DNA from: Patescibacteria group bacterium
Lineage (GTDB): Bacteria > Patescibacteriota > WWE3 > UBA101185 > UBA10185
Assembly (NCBI GenBank): GCA_032117075.1
Contig: JAUMAA010000003.1
Span: 107,574 to 157,491, forward strand
DNA: 49,918 nucleotides
Direction: 5' to 3'
The notes beneath the pieces are model-generated. The model did not search any database and was not told the origin of the DNA. It saw only the letters and a program-made list of their open reading frames with translations. Positions 9,298-18,732 of the stretch are shown piece after piece. A program made the position numbers and the translations under genes. Position 1 is the stretch's first letter, and the number at the start of each line of letters is the position of its first letter.

Positions 9298-10032
9298 TTA
9301 AATATATGTTTTAGCAAGATTAAGATTAAACTGGAAATTATAAAATCTAAAAGATTTAATAAAGAAGTAAAAACCTACAAAGAAAAATAAATCTGTAAAA
9401 TCCCCAATCATATAGGTATTTAATAAGTTACTTTCTGAATAAGAGATATCCCCCACTAACCACAGAAGCTGACCGTAAAAAAAGTAATCCAGATCAATTT
9501 CTCTGAAGTTTTGAAAAAAATTTCTATTTATTATATTGATATAAACTAAAATTATTAAAACTAATAGAGATTCGAAGAAGTAATATAAATCAATCAAACT
9601 GTAATCAAAGTAATTCAAAGCAATCACACTAAAAACAAGGATCAATGAATTAAAAGAAACTAAACTTTTAATAATTTCTAGAAAGTTATATTTGAAGTTG
9701 GTTTTAATTAGAAAACACTGCTTTAATAATATCTGAAAAAGAAAAAATAAATCAGACAAATAAAATGAGTCTAAACTTATATCTGAGATAAAAATTAAGT
9801 TCCCTATTAAATACAAGATATAACCTAGTACGAGCAAACCTATATTAGAGAATCTAAACCTCATAGAGTTATTTATAAACAAATTAATCAGCAAAAATAA
9901 GCCAAAAATATTAATAAATATGTAAAAATCTAAGAAAAAAGGGTTAATAACCTTACCTAGGATAAAAATAAGTAACCCGATATAAAAATATAAATCTAAA
10001 TGCACCTTTTTTAAAATCACAATTTTATTCAA
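9298..10032 (-). CDS. Multi-pass membrane protein, possible stand-alone sensor domain
   Basis: About 7-8 TM segments; two internally similar halves (IGNLIF..LSDLFF and VGDISY..FTDLFF). Confidence 0.65.
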   Translation of the reverse strand: MNKIVILKKVHLDLYFYIGLLIFILGKVINPFFLDFYIFINIFGLFLLINLFINNSMRFRFSNIGLLVLGYILYLIGNLIFISDISLDSFYLSDLFFLFQILLKQCFLIKTNFKYNFLEIIKSLVSFNSLILVFSVIALNYFDYSLIDLYYFFESLLVLIILVYINIINRNFFQNFREIDLDYFFYGQLLWLVGDISYSESNLLNTYMIGDFTDLFFFVGFYFFIKSFRFYNFQFNLNLAKTYI

Positions 10033-10367
10033 TTTTTTAATTGGTACGATTTTGCCTGAAATATCAGATATGTCAATAGAGTAAAAAATATAATCATATC
10101 GGGAATATTAGTCTGAAAGACAACAAAATCTAAATAATCATTCACTTTAAAATCATGAACTAAATAACCTAGTATTTGAAATCCAAAGGTTAAAAAAATT
10201 ATTTGTAAGAGAAAGCTCTCAAATTCGCCTCCTTTTGTTTTTAAAAAGGAAAATAAAAGCAAAATGAGAAGTACCAAACCAAATAATGGATTGAACTTCT
10301 CATTATAAATACCTACCGGAATCAATAAATGAATACAATTCAAAAAAAATACGAGACTAACGAACGT
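10029..10367 (-). CDS. Divergent lipoprotein signal peptidase II (LspA)-like protein
   Basis: VNDYLDF..FQTNIPD resembles the LspA V-D-F/Y and N-x-A-D Asp motifs, and the dksA-lspA-rluD synteny fits. The frame is open to 10484; the true start is uncertain (TTG 10343 or ACG 10367). Confidence 0.55.
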   Translation of the reverse strand, partial: TFVSLVFFLNCIHLLIPVGIYNEKFNPLFGLVLLILLLFSFLKTKGGEFESFLLQIIFLTFGFQILGYLVHDFKVNDYLDFVVFQTNIPDMIIFFTLLTYLIFQAKSYQLKN

Positions 10368-11280
10368 TTTCTTCTGCTTCAGGAAATAGCTCGAGTCTAG
10401 CCTTATCAATTGGCTGACCTGTTTTTTGATCATATCCATACTTTCCTTCATCAATTCTTTGAAGAGCTCTATTAATTTTCTCAAGAACTTTAGTTAAAAA
10501 TCTTTTATTAATCTTTCCGTTCTCAATATCCTGATCATCCATAACCTCATCGATGTAATCAGAGTCTCCCATATCTCTAGGCCCATTATTATCAATGTCC
10601 TCAATCTCTTTGATTAACTCTTCCCTTCTAGCAATTAGTTTAGCTTTACTATTTTCTATAAAATCACTTGATAGATGTTTTTCCATATATTTACTCCTTC
10701 TTAAAATTAATAATGCATTCATTGTATTAAGAAGTATGTAAAAAATCAAACTGTTTGTTGAATAAGAATATATTATAGAAATATTTGTAAATAAAAATAC
10801 AAATGCAAAACTCAAAAATCCAGAAATTAAATTCCTCTTAATAGTTAATAAAACTATCAGAACTAAAAACAAATAGATTAAATTTAAATTTGCTAATGGG
10901 TTTTGAAAATCAAAACTATAAAAAAAAGTAAAAATTATAGTTGAAACAGTAAGAGAGTCAAGAATATGGTATACAGAAAATCTAAATCTTTTACTTAAAG
11001 AGTAGGCAATTAGAAAATTAACAATAAGAGCTAAGAAAAAAGCATCAGAAGCTATATTTAAATTTAGGATAATCTCCAAGATAGAAGGGAAATTTTGGTA
11101 GTTAAGGTAAAAGTAATAAGCCTTTTGAACTAAAGCCTGAATTATGATAAATACAAAAAAAGTATCAAAAGCATTCTCTTTTCTCATACCTCGGTAGTGA
11201 AGGTATTTGAAAACAATATATAAAATTGCTAATAATCCAAGTAAGATTTTGTAGTTATTCAGAAAGACTAAGGCAGGCAT
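10357..11280 (-). CDS. Fusion of a degenerate Lgt-like membrane domain and a C-terminal DksA/TraR-family domain
   Basis: aa 1-195 hold about 7 TM segments. aa 199-307 form a coiled coil with DYID, followed by INRALQRIDEGKYG..TGQPIDKARLELFPEA (DksA/TraR signature without Cys). The Lgt assignment is weaker than the DksA one. Confidence 0.75.
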   Translation of the reverse strand: MPALVFLNNYKILLGLLAILYIVFKYLHYRGMRKENAFDTFFVFIIIQALVQKAYYFYLNYQNFPSILEIILNLNIASDAFFLALIVNFLIAYSLSKRFRFSVYHILDSLTVSTIIFTFFYSFDFQNPLANLNLIYLFLVLIVLLTIKRNLISGFLSFAFVFLFTNISIIYSYSTNSLIFYILLNTMNALLILRRSKYMEKHLSSDFIENSKAKLIARREELIKEIEDIDNNGPRDMGDSDYIDEVMDDQDIENGKINKRFLTKVLEKINRALQRIDEGKYGYDQKTGQPIDKARLELFPEAEENVR

Positions 11281-11291
11281 TTTAGATTTTT

Positions 11292-11846
11292 TTAAGCTCT
11301 AGACATATACTCATTGGTTCTTGTATCTATTCTAATCTTATCCCCTATCTTAATAAAAGTGGGTACTTTAACATCAAGACCATTTGTTAATTTAGCATCT
11401 TTAAGAGTATTTGTTACGGTATTTCCTTTAAAACCAGGTTCGGTATACTCTACTTCAAAAACCATCGAAATTGGAACCTCAACAGAAATTGGAGAATCTT
11501 CGAAGTACATCAAAGAATAATTTTCGTTTTCCTTCAAGAAATATTTATTTTCACCAACAATGTCTGGAGAAACTTCAATTTGCTCATAAGTTGAAGGATC
11601 CATAAAAACAAAAAAACTGTCTGAGTATAAATACTGTACATTTTTTCTATATACATCTGCTTCCTTAAAAGAATCAGCGGAGCTATATGATTTTTCTGAA
11701 AGAGATCCATCAAGCAAATTTCTTACTCTTACTCTGATTGTAGCCCCTCCCCTTGCTGTCTTGGAGTGCTCATACTTTTCTACTTTAAATGGAGTATTAC
11801 TGTCCTGAAATACAACTCCTGTTTTTAAATCTGATGCGTATAACAT
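11292..11846 (-). CDS. efp: Elongation factor P
   Basis: DLKTG, QYLY, FMDPSTYEQ, TEPGFKGNT, VPTFIKIGD.I.IDTR..EY.SRA. Confidence 0.96.
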   Translation of the reverse strand: MLYASDLKTGVVFQDSNTPFKVEKYEHSKTARGGATIRVRVRNLLDGSLSEKSYSSADSFKEADVYRKNVQYLYSDSFFVFMDPSTYEQIEVSPDIVGENKYFLKENENYSLMYFEDSPISVEVPISMVFEVEYTEPGFKGNTVTNTLKDAKLTNGLDVKVPTFIKIGDKIRIDTRTNEYMSRA

Positions 11847-11878
11847 AAACTATCTTTCTTCAATTAAAAATTTTTACT

Positions 11879-11964
11879 TGGTACCATGGGAGGGATTTGA
11901 ACCCTCAAGAGATTGCTCTCATTGGTTTTTGAGACCAACGCGTATACCGTTCCGCCACCATGGC
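11879..11964 (-). tRNA. tRNA-Leu(CAA)
   Basis: GCCATGG/CCATGGT acceptor stem, anticodon arm TTGGT-CT-CAA-AA-ACCAA, long variable arm, GGTTCAAATCC, encoded CCA; TGgTATAAT promoter upstream. Confidence 0.96.
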
Positions 11965-11985
11965 ATAGGCACATTATACCAAACA

Positions 11986-13305
11986 TTAAGAAGGGTTTTG
12001 ATGTGTAACTTCGTAAAAACGGGTTCTATCTCCTTTGAATAATAGTTGAATATCCCCTGTTGCCCCCGCTCTATGTTTGGCAATAGAAAGAACATAATCC
12101 TCCCTATTATCTTTTTGAGGACGTGATAAAAACATCACAACATCAGCATCCTGTTCAATAGACCCTGAATCTCTAAGATCGGATAATTGAGGTCTGGAGT
12201 CGTCTCTACTTTCTACCGCTCTTGAGAGCTGTGAAAGGGCTACAACAGGAATCTTCATCTCTCTTGCAAGATTCTTGAGCCCTTGAGATATATCGGACAC
12301 TTGTTGTACCCTACTCTCTGTTACATATGACTTACATAACTGTAAGTAATCAACAATTATTAAATCGATAGGCACTTTCATCATTAGTCTTCTAATTTTT
12401 GTTCTCATTTCTAATACTGAAATTCCCGGAGTATCATCAATGTGAAAACTAATATCTCCTAACTCACCCATTGCCGTTGAATATCTTGCCATTTCATCAT
12501 CATTTAATTGACCGTTTTTAATTTTCCAGTTTTCGATATTAGCCTGAGCTGAAAGCATTCTTTGAACAATTTCTTCATCTCCCATTTCTAATGAAAAGAA
12601 AGCTACACTTTTTTTATGATTAATACATGCAAATTGAGCCATGTTTATTGCTAATGAAGTTTTACCTACCGAAGGTCTGGCTGCTAGAATAATCAAAGCC
12701 TCTCTTTGAAGACCTGACATCATCCTATCAAGCTGTTTCAAGCCAGTTGGCACTCCTCTAAGTCCTCCTGGATTTTTATGAAGATCATCAAGTCTTTCAA
12801 AAGATTTATCAAGTGCATGTGAAAGTGGTTTAAAATCACTCTTTACATTGTCCTTATATATTGAAAACAAATTTTGCTCAGCCTTGTCTATAATCGCACT
12901 AACAGAGTCTTCCTCATAAGCCAGCTCTGTTAATTTAGCTGCTGAGGAAATTAAATTTCTTCTCATTGAAGCTTCTTGTATTAGTCTTGCGTGATTTAAA
13001 GAATTCGCTGAACTTGAAACAAAGTAAACAAGTTCTGTTAGATAAGCTACTCCTCCACTATCTTCTAATTTGCCCTCTTTGTTTAATTCATTCTGAAGAG
13101 TTATTACATCTATCGGTTCTCTTTTCTCGTAAAGATTAACCATTGAATGATAAATATTTTGGTGAGCAGTTTTATAAAAATGTTCTGCTCTTAAGAAATC
13201 GACAATATTTATGATTGCATTTTTATCTAAAAGAATTGAACCTAAAACTGATTTTTCAGCATCTATATCTTGAGGCGGTAACCTAAGATTATTTTTTGAA
13301 CTCAT
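11986..13305 (-). CDS. dnaB: Replicative DNA helicase DnaB
   Basis: PPQDIDAEKSVLG, AARPSVGKT, FSLEM, IIVDYLQL, LSQLSR and DLRDSGSIEQDAD. Confidence 0.98.
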   Translation of the reverse strand: MSSKNNLRLPPQDIDAEKSVLGSILLDKNAIINIVDFLRAEHFYKTAHQNIYHSMVNLYEKREPIDVITLQNELNKEGKLEDSGGVAYLTELVYFVSSSANSLNHARLIQEASMRRNLISSAAKLTELAYEEDSVSAIIDKAEQNLFSIYKDNVKSDFKPLSHALDKSFERLDDLHKNPGGLRGVPTGLKQLDRMMSGLQREALIILAARPSVGKTSLAINMAQFACINHKKSVAFFSLEMGDEEIVQRMLSAQANIENWKIKNGQLNDDEMARYSTAMGELGDISFHIDDTPGISVLEMRTKIRRLMMKVPIDLIIVDYLQLCKSYVTESRVQQVSDISQGLKNLAREMKIPVVALSQLSRAVESRDDSRPQLSDLRDSGSIEQDADVVMFLSRPQKDNREDYVLSIAKHRAGATGDIQLLFKGDRTRFYEVTHQNPS

Positions 13306-13326
13306 ATATTACCCTTTCAGAATTAA

Positions 13327-13971
13327 TTAATGATTTTGATTAAGAATTACTATTCTAGTCTCTTTTTCATCGTTCTCTGGAGCAGTGAGTTTTAATGAAT
13401 CTAATTTTTCAGGTGATGAAACTCCCATTTCATGTAAAAATTTAGACAAATCATCCAATTCTTTTAATAAGGAGTCCTCGGTTCTAAAATGCATAGGAAC
13501 TACGATTGCGGGTTCAAGTGTTGAAATAATCTTGGAAGCTTCAAAAGCATCTATTGTAAACTTTCCCCCAACAGGTATTAATAATATGTCTACCCTACCT
13601 ATTTTTGATATGTATTTTTCTGGTAACTCATGTCCTATGTCTCCAAGGTGTAGGATGCTGATACCATCAACTTCAATTTGAAAAACAATATTCTTTCCTC
13701 TTTCCTTACCCTCTTTGTCATCATGGAAAGTAGAAAAACCGGTAATATAAACATCATCTACTTCGTACTCACCAGGAGTATCAATTAGTTTTTCATGGTT
13801 AACTTGTTTATTAAATGAGTGATCCTCATGATCATGAGAGTTAAGCAAAATTTTAGCTGTTTGCTTTGGCATCTTGAAACCAGTTATATCTGGATTGTAG
13901 GGATCGATTAAAAGAGAGGTTTTCTTTCCTTTGATAAAAAAGCATGATTGTCCAATATATGTCAATTCCAT
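13327..13971 (-). CDS. MBL-fold metallo-hydrolase
   Basis: LLIDPY, SHDHEDH, HLGD, IPVGG.FT and VPMHF. Confidence 0.92.
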   Translation of the reverse strand: MELTYIGQSCFFIKGKKTSLLIDPYNPDITGFKMPKQTAKILLNSHDHEDHSFNKQVNHEKLIDTPGEYEVDDVYITGFSTFHDDKEGKERGKNIVFQIEVDGISILHLGDIGHELPEKYISKIGRVDILLIPVGGKFTIDAFEASKIISTLEPAIVVPMHFRTEDSLLKELDDLSKFLHEMGVSSPEKLDSLKLTAPENDEKETRIVILNQNH

Positions 13972-14027
13972 AAATTTAATAATATCAAAAAGTTTTAAAT
14001 TTAGAATAATTGATTTAAAATTAAATT

Positions 14028-15374
14028 ATGATTTCAACAAATTCCTATAAAGGAACTAAAGACTTCTATCCTGAGGATATGCAAATTCAAAATTACATTT
14101 TCGATGGTTGGAAATTTGTATGTGAAAGCCACGGTTTTCTTGAATACCAAACACCGATAATAGAAAATGCAGAAATTTACCGAGCCAAATCAGGAGAAGA
14201 TGTTGGAAACAAAGAACTGTTTTCTTTCTCAGATTTAGCAGATAGAGACTTGGCTTTAAGACCCGAAATGACACCCTCTGTTACAAGAATGGTAGCTGCC
14301 AAATATAAAGAGATGTCTAAACCAATTAAATTTTTTAGTATTGGGTCTTTTTATAGAAATGAAAAACCTCAAAAAGGAAGAAATAGGGAGTTTTGGCAAT
14401 TAAATGCAGATATTTTTGGGGACGAAAGCATTTACTCAGATGTAGAAATTTTGAATCTTGCATTAAGTATTATGAATCATTTCAAAGCACCAAGGGATTC
14501 TTTTATGATTAATATTAACCATAGAAATCTTATTAATTCTTTTTTAAATTCATTAAGTATTTTAGATTCGGATAAAATTTTGATTATAAGAATTATGGAT
14601 AAATTTGAAAAAATATCTGAATCTAAATTTAAAGAAGAAATCTTAAAAATTACTTCCGAAGAAAATTTCAACCAAATTAGAAAATTCCTAGGTTCTGATT
14701 TTTTAGAGTTAACTACCCTTTTTCCTATATTAAAAACAAATGAAGGGTTTAAAAATATAGAAGATATACTAAAAATATTAAAAAATTTAGGTCAAACTGA
14801 AAATATAAAATTTAAAGCAAACTTAGTCAGAGGTTTTGATTATTATGATGGTTTGGTATTTGAAGTAAATGATCAAAACAAAGATAACCCTAGATCACTC
14901 TTTGGAGGCGGGAGATACAATGGTTTAGCAGATATATTTGGCGGTCATAACTTCCCTGCTATAGGATTTGCACCAGGCAATGAGACTTTTAGAATCTTTT
15001 TAGAAAACTGGAATCTTTTACCAGAAAAAGATAAATTCTCTACCAAGAAAAAGATATTTGTTTTTGCAATTCATAATCATCAAGACGAAACTTCTACCAA
15101 AATTCTTTTAGAGCAATCTTTCATTGTATCCAATGAAATTAGGAATTTAGTGAAAAATGTCTTTGTGGACACATCCTTAACTCCTAAAAGTACTTCTTCA
15201 GGACTGGAGTATGCTTCTAAAAAGTTATTTGACTATACAGTAATCATTGGTGATGACGAAATAAAAAATAAAACAGTTACAATCAAAAAACTCAGTGACG
15301 GAGCTCAGTTTACTCTTTCTCTTCATAATTTAATAGATTATTTACAAAAGAATCATGCCCATGAAAATAGTTAG
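14028..15374 (+). CDS. hisS: Histidine--tRNA ligase
   Basis: KGTKDFYP, LRPEMTP, YRNEKPQKGRNREFWQ, RGFDYY.G.VFE and GGGRY. Confidence 0.98.
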   Translation: MISTNSYKGTKDFYPEDMQIQNYIFDGWKFVCESHGFLEYQTPIIENAEIYRAKSGEDVGNKELFSFSDLADRDLALRPEMTPSVTRMVAAKYKEMSKPIKFFSIGSFYRNEKPQKGRNREFWQLNADIFGDESIYSDVEILNLALSIMNHFKAPRDSFMININHRNLINSFLNSLSILDSDKILIIRIMDKFEKISESKFKEEILKITSEENFNQIRKFLGSDFLELTTLFPILKTNEGFKNIEDILKILKNLGQTENIKFKANLVRGFDYYDGLVFEVNDQNKDNPRSLFGGGRYNGLADIFGGHNFPAIGFAPGNETFRIFLENWNLLPEKDKFSTKKKIFVFAIHNHQDETSTKILLEQSFIVSNEIRNLVKNVFVDTSLTPKSTSSGLEYASKKLFDYTVIIGDDEIKNKTVTIKKLSDGAQFTLSLHNLIDYLQKNHAHENS

Positions 15375-16320
15375 TTATTTTTACTTACTGATTGCTACAA
15401 TTATCTGGTCTTTTGCTACTCCACTAGTTAAATTTGCCTTCAATGATATAGAACCAGTTTTCTTTTTATTTTTTAGATTTGGGATTGTTACACTTATTTG
15501 TTTACCTTTTTTAATACATTATTTAAGGAAAAGAAAATATTCTTTGTATGACTGGTTCAATCTAATTTTATTTTCAATTACTGGTCAAGTTGTATTAATT
15601 ATCTTCTTTATCGGATTAGATCTTACAACAGCTACCGATTCCATAATTATTGGTTTAATTGGACCTCTTGTAACAATTGCAGCTGGTCATTATTTTTATA
15701 GGGATAGGATAAATCTAGTTAAAGAAATTGGTATTTTCTTAGCTTTTATAGGAGCGATTTTAGTTATTGCTGAACCTTTATTTAGTGCAACAAATGGAAC
15801 TGCTAAAAACAGATTTTTAGGAAATCTTTTAATTAGCTCAAATATCATCATAGGTACTTTCTGGATTGTTTACTCAAAATTTCTTTTTGGAACAAACTCT
15901 ATCAAACTAATATCTCTCATGAAAAAAATTGGGATCAAGTTACATAAGAAAAAATACGATGCTACAGAGTTCAATCTCCTCTCATTCTTAGTAACATTTA
16001 TTTTTTTAATTCCTTTTTATTTGTATAATTTTCAAGATTACAATCAAAAAATCTCAAATATCTCAAATTCATCACTTCTTGTTATTTTATATATGGCCAT
16101 ATTTTCATCAATTATTGCCTATATTCTCTTTATTAAAGCCCAGGCCAAATTAGAAGTTTCTGAGGTTTCTATTTTGTCATACTTAGCTCCCCTGTTTTCT
16201 CTCCCAGCTTCATTTTTTATCTTAGGGGAAGTTCCTTCAAATTATGCAATTATAGGACTAATTGTTATTTTTTCAGGGGTAATTGTAACCAAATCAGCTG
16301 ATAAGGTAAATGGTAAATAA
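15355..16320 (+). CDS. DMT/EamA family transporter
   Basis: About 10 TM segments in two EamA-like halves (IW, FRF, YLAP..FILGE). Confidence 0.9.
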   Translation: MPMKIVSYFYLLIATIIWSFATPLVKFAFNDIEPVFFLFFRFGIVTLICLPFLIHYLRKRKYSLYDWFNLILFSITGQVVLIIFFIGLDLTTATDSIIIGLIGPLVTIAAGHYFYRDRINLVKEIGIFLAFIGAILVIAEPLFSATNGTAKNRFLGNLLISSNIIIGTFWIVYSKFLFGTNSIKLISLMKKIGIKLHKKKYDATEFNLLSFLVTFIFLIPFYLYNFQDYNQKISNISNSSLLVILYMAIFSSIIAYILFIKAQAKLEVSEVSILSYLAPLFSLPASFFILGEVPSNYAIIGLIVIFSGVIVTKSADKVNGK

Positions 16321-16361
16321 TTAGTTGAAATCTAAGGTTTTTAGTGCTATCATCACAAAGT

Positions 16362-16658
16362 ATGAAAAAAGGAATTCATCCAAAGTTAAATACTATAACC
16401 GTTAAATGTGCTTGCGGAAACACATTCGAAACTAACTCAATATTAGAGAGATTAGTTACCGATTCATGTTCAAAATGCCACCCTTTTTTCACTGGAAAAG
16501 CTACTTTCGTGGATGCTGAAGGAAGAATTGATAAATTTAACAGAAAAAAGAATCTAGCCTCACAAACTGTTAAAAACAAGAATATTGTTAAAAAAGAAGA
16601 AAATTCTTCGAATTACAAACAATCTTTAAAAGATATTTTCAATCAAACAAATAATTAA
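16362..16658 (+). CDS. rpmE: 50S ribosomal protein L31
   Basis: [21 protein letters not shown] and GRIDKF. ATG 16362 follows TTGAAA-17-TATCAT. Confidence 0.97.
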   Translation: MKKGIHPKLNTITVKCACGNTFETNSILERLVTDSCSKCHPFFTGKATFVDAEGRIDKFNRKKNLASQTVKNKNIVKKEENSSNYKQSLKDIFNQTNN

Positions 16659-16673
16659 GTAAAATATACCTAT

Positions 16674-17651
16674 ATGGATGAAACTCTTAACATTTTAGAA
16701 CAAGAGGTTCTAAAAATAGACTATAAAATTAATGAAAATAAGGAACTACTTTCTAACCCTGAGTATCAAGATTTTAAATCCGACATCGAAAAGGAGTTAC
16801 AGGATCTAGAATTAAATAAGCAAAATCTTCTTAACTCTATTGAAGAAATTAAAAGCTCAGCAAATAAGACTACAAATGAAGATGGGGTTGATATTAATCC
16901 AAATCTAGCTGTTATGGAAATAAGAGCCGGTACAGGAGGCTCAGAGGCCGCATTATTCGCCTTCGATCTTTATAGAATGTATATGAGATATTGCGAAAAA
17001 AAGAACTATAAAACTACAGATGAATTTCTATCCTCTGATGACTCTGCCGGAGGCATTAAGACGGTGGTTTTTGAAATTAAAGGTAAAGATGTCTATGACT
17101 TGTTTAAGAACGAATCCGGGGTTCATAGGGTTCAAAGAGTACCTAAAACAGAGGTCTCTGGAAGAATCCATACTTCAACTGCCACTATCGCAGTACTTCC
17201 AGAAATTAAAAATATTGAAATAGAAATTCACCCAGATGACCTAATTTGGGAGTTCCATAGATCAGGAGGAAGCGGCGGTCAAAATGTTAATAAGGTATCA
17301 ACTGCAGTTAGGCTTACCCACAAACCAACTGGTCTAGTTGTAGACTGTCAAGAAGAAAGAACCCAAGGAAAAAACAGAGAAAAAGCATTAGGATACCTCA
17401 ATTCGAGGCTTTATAATTTAATGAAAGAGCAGCAGGTAAAAAAATTCACCGATTTAAGAATGAATCAAGTTGGATCTGCTGAAAGATCTGAGAAAATTAG
17501 AACCTACAATTATCCTCAGGATAGAATTACCGATCATAGAATTGGAAAAAACTTTGGAAATATTCAAGGTGTCATGAATGGGGATTTAGATAAAATTCTC
17601 GAAGAAGTCAAAAACATTGATCCAAATCAAGTTACTCAAGATTTAGAGTAA
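16674..17651 (+). CDS. prfA: Peptide chain release factor 1
   Basis: EIRAGTGG.EAALF, HRVQRVPKTE (PxT, RF1-type), GGQNVNK and IRTYNYPQ.R.TDHR. Confidence 0.96.
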   Translation: MDETLNILEQEVLKIDYKINENKELLSNPEYQDFKSDIEKELQDLELNKQNLLNSIEEIKSSANKTTNEDGVDINPNLAVMEIRAGTGGSEAALFAFDLYRMYMRYCEKKNYKTTDEFLSSDDSAGGIKTVVFEIKGKDVYDLFKNESGVHRVQRVPKTEVSGRIHTSTATIAVLPEIKNIEIEIHPDDLIWEFHRSGGSGGQNVNKVSTAVRLTHKPTGLVVDCQEERTQGKNREKALGYLNSRLYNLMKEQQVKKFTDLRMNQVGSAERSEKIRTYNYPQDRITDHRIGKNFGNIQGVMNGDLDKILEEVKNIDPNQVTQDLE

Positions 17652-18729
17652 TACCAATCTTCTTATCTTCTCTAACAATCTCAAATCTTAGCTCTTCCCC
17701 AGGGTTTAAATTATTAAATAGGTTGTATAACTCTTCCTGAGAAACAATCACTTGGTTATTTATGGTTAAAATAATGTCATCTTTTTTAATACCTGCTACT
17801 TGCCCCACCTTTCCATTCTCTACATTCCCAACAATTAAACCAACAGGCCTTCCTTCTCTTCTAAATTTATCTAAATCTGAAAACTCAAAATCAATACCTA
17901 ACTTACTTTTATTGTCTAATTCTTGAGTCTGTACTACAGATAACACAACCCTCTTTAGGGTGTTACCTGCTACTATCCTAATATTACCTCCTGAGTCAGT
18001 AACTGAGGTTATTCCAACTAGGTTTCCCGACTTATCATATACAGGATTACCAAAATCCGAAGATTTTAAATTTGTTAAGTAAATAGATTTATCTTCGCTA
18101 ATTCCTGTAATTTTAAGTGGGTATACAGAAATAATTTCTTCCAATATATCACTGTCTTTGTTTTCTCTTCTAATTGTTTTTAAGTACAAATCGTCACCAA
18201 TTGATAACTCTTTCTCTAAAATTTTTAAAGGTTCTGGTAACTTAGAGTCATCACCTAAAATTAAAAACCAAAGATTAGCATTTAGACCTGTTAACGATCC
18301 CTGCATTGAGGTTACTTGGATGTTACTACCCCCGTGCACAACTACTAACTCGTTACTATTATTGTTTTTAATTACCTCTGATGAAGTCAAAACTGTATTC
18401 TTACCAACAACAATCCCCTGCCCTATGTATCTAATTTCCTTTCTAGGCTGAGATAGGTATATAGAAACTTGATAATCTGATTTGCTTGAGAGTAATTTAT
18501 AATTTATAGAATCTAAATTAGGCTCAATTTTTTCAACAGTAGTAGTTAAAGATTGATTACTGTTATTTACGAACAAGTAATAACCTAAAATAGCAATTGA
18601 TCCAAAAAGAATAAAAAGAACAAAAGTTAAAATTGTTAAAAAATTACTTCCAGATTTCTTTTTATCCGATTCAAATGACAAATCTTCAAGTTGATTTTCT
18701 TGTTCAGGTGACTGGGACATATTGTCCAT
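17632..18729 (-). CDS. HtrA/S1C-like trypsin-fold plus PDZ membrane protein, probably inactive
   Basis: One TM helix; GQGIVV..VLTS, GNPVYD..GNLVGI and a C-terminal PDZ (AGIKKDDIILTIN). Catalytic His and Ser are not seen. Confidence 0.75.
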   Translation of the reverse strand: MDNMSQSPEQENQLEDLSFESDKKKSGSNFLTILTFVLFILFGSIAILGYYLFVNNSNQSLTTTVEKIEPNLDSINYKLLSSKSDYQVSIYLSQPRKEIRYIGQGIVVGKNTVLTSSEVIKNNNSNELVVVHGGSNIQVTSMQGSLTGLNANLWFLILGDDSKLPEPLKILEKELSIGDDLYLKTIRRENKDSDILEEIISVYPLKITGISEDKSIYLTNLKSSDFGNPVYDKSGNLVGITSVTDSGGNIRIVAGNTLKRVVLSVVQTQELDNKSKLGIDFEFSDLDKFRREGRPVGLIVGNVENGKVGQVAGIKKDDIILTINNQVIVSQEELYNLFNNLNPGEELRFEIVREDKKIGITLNLE

Positions 18730-18732
18730 ATT

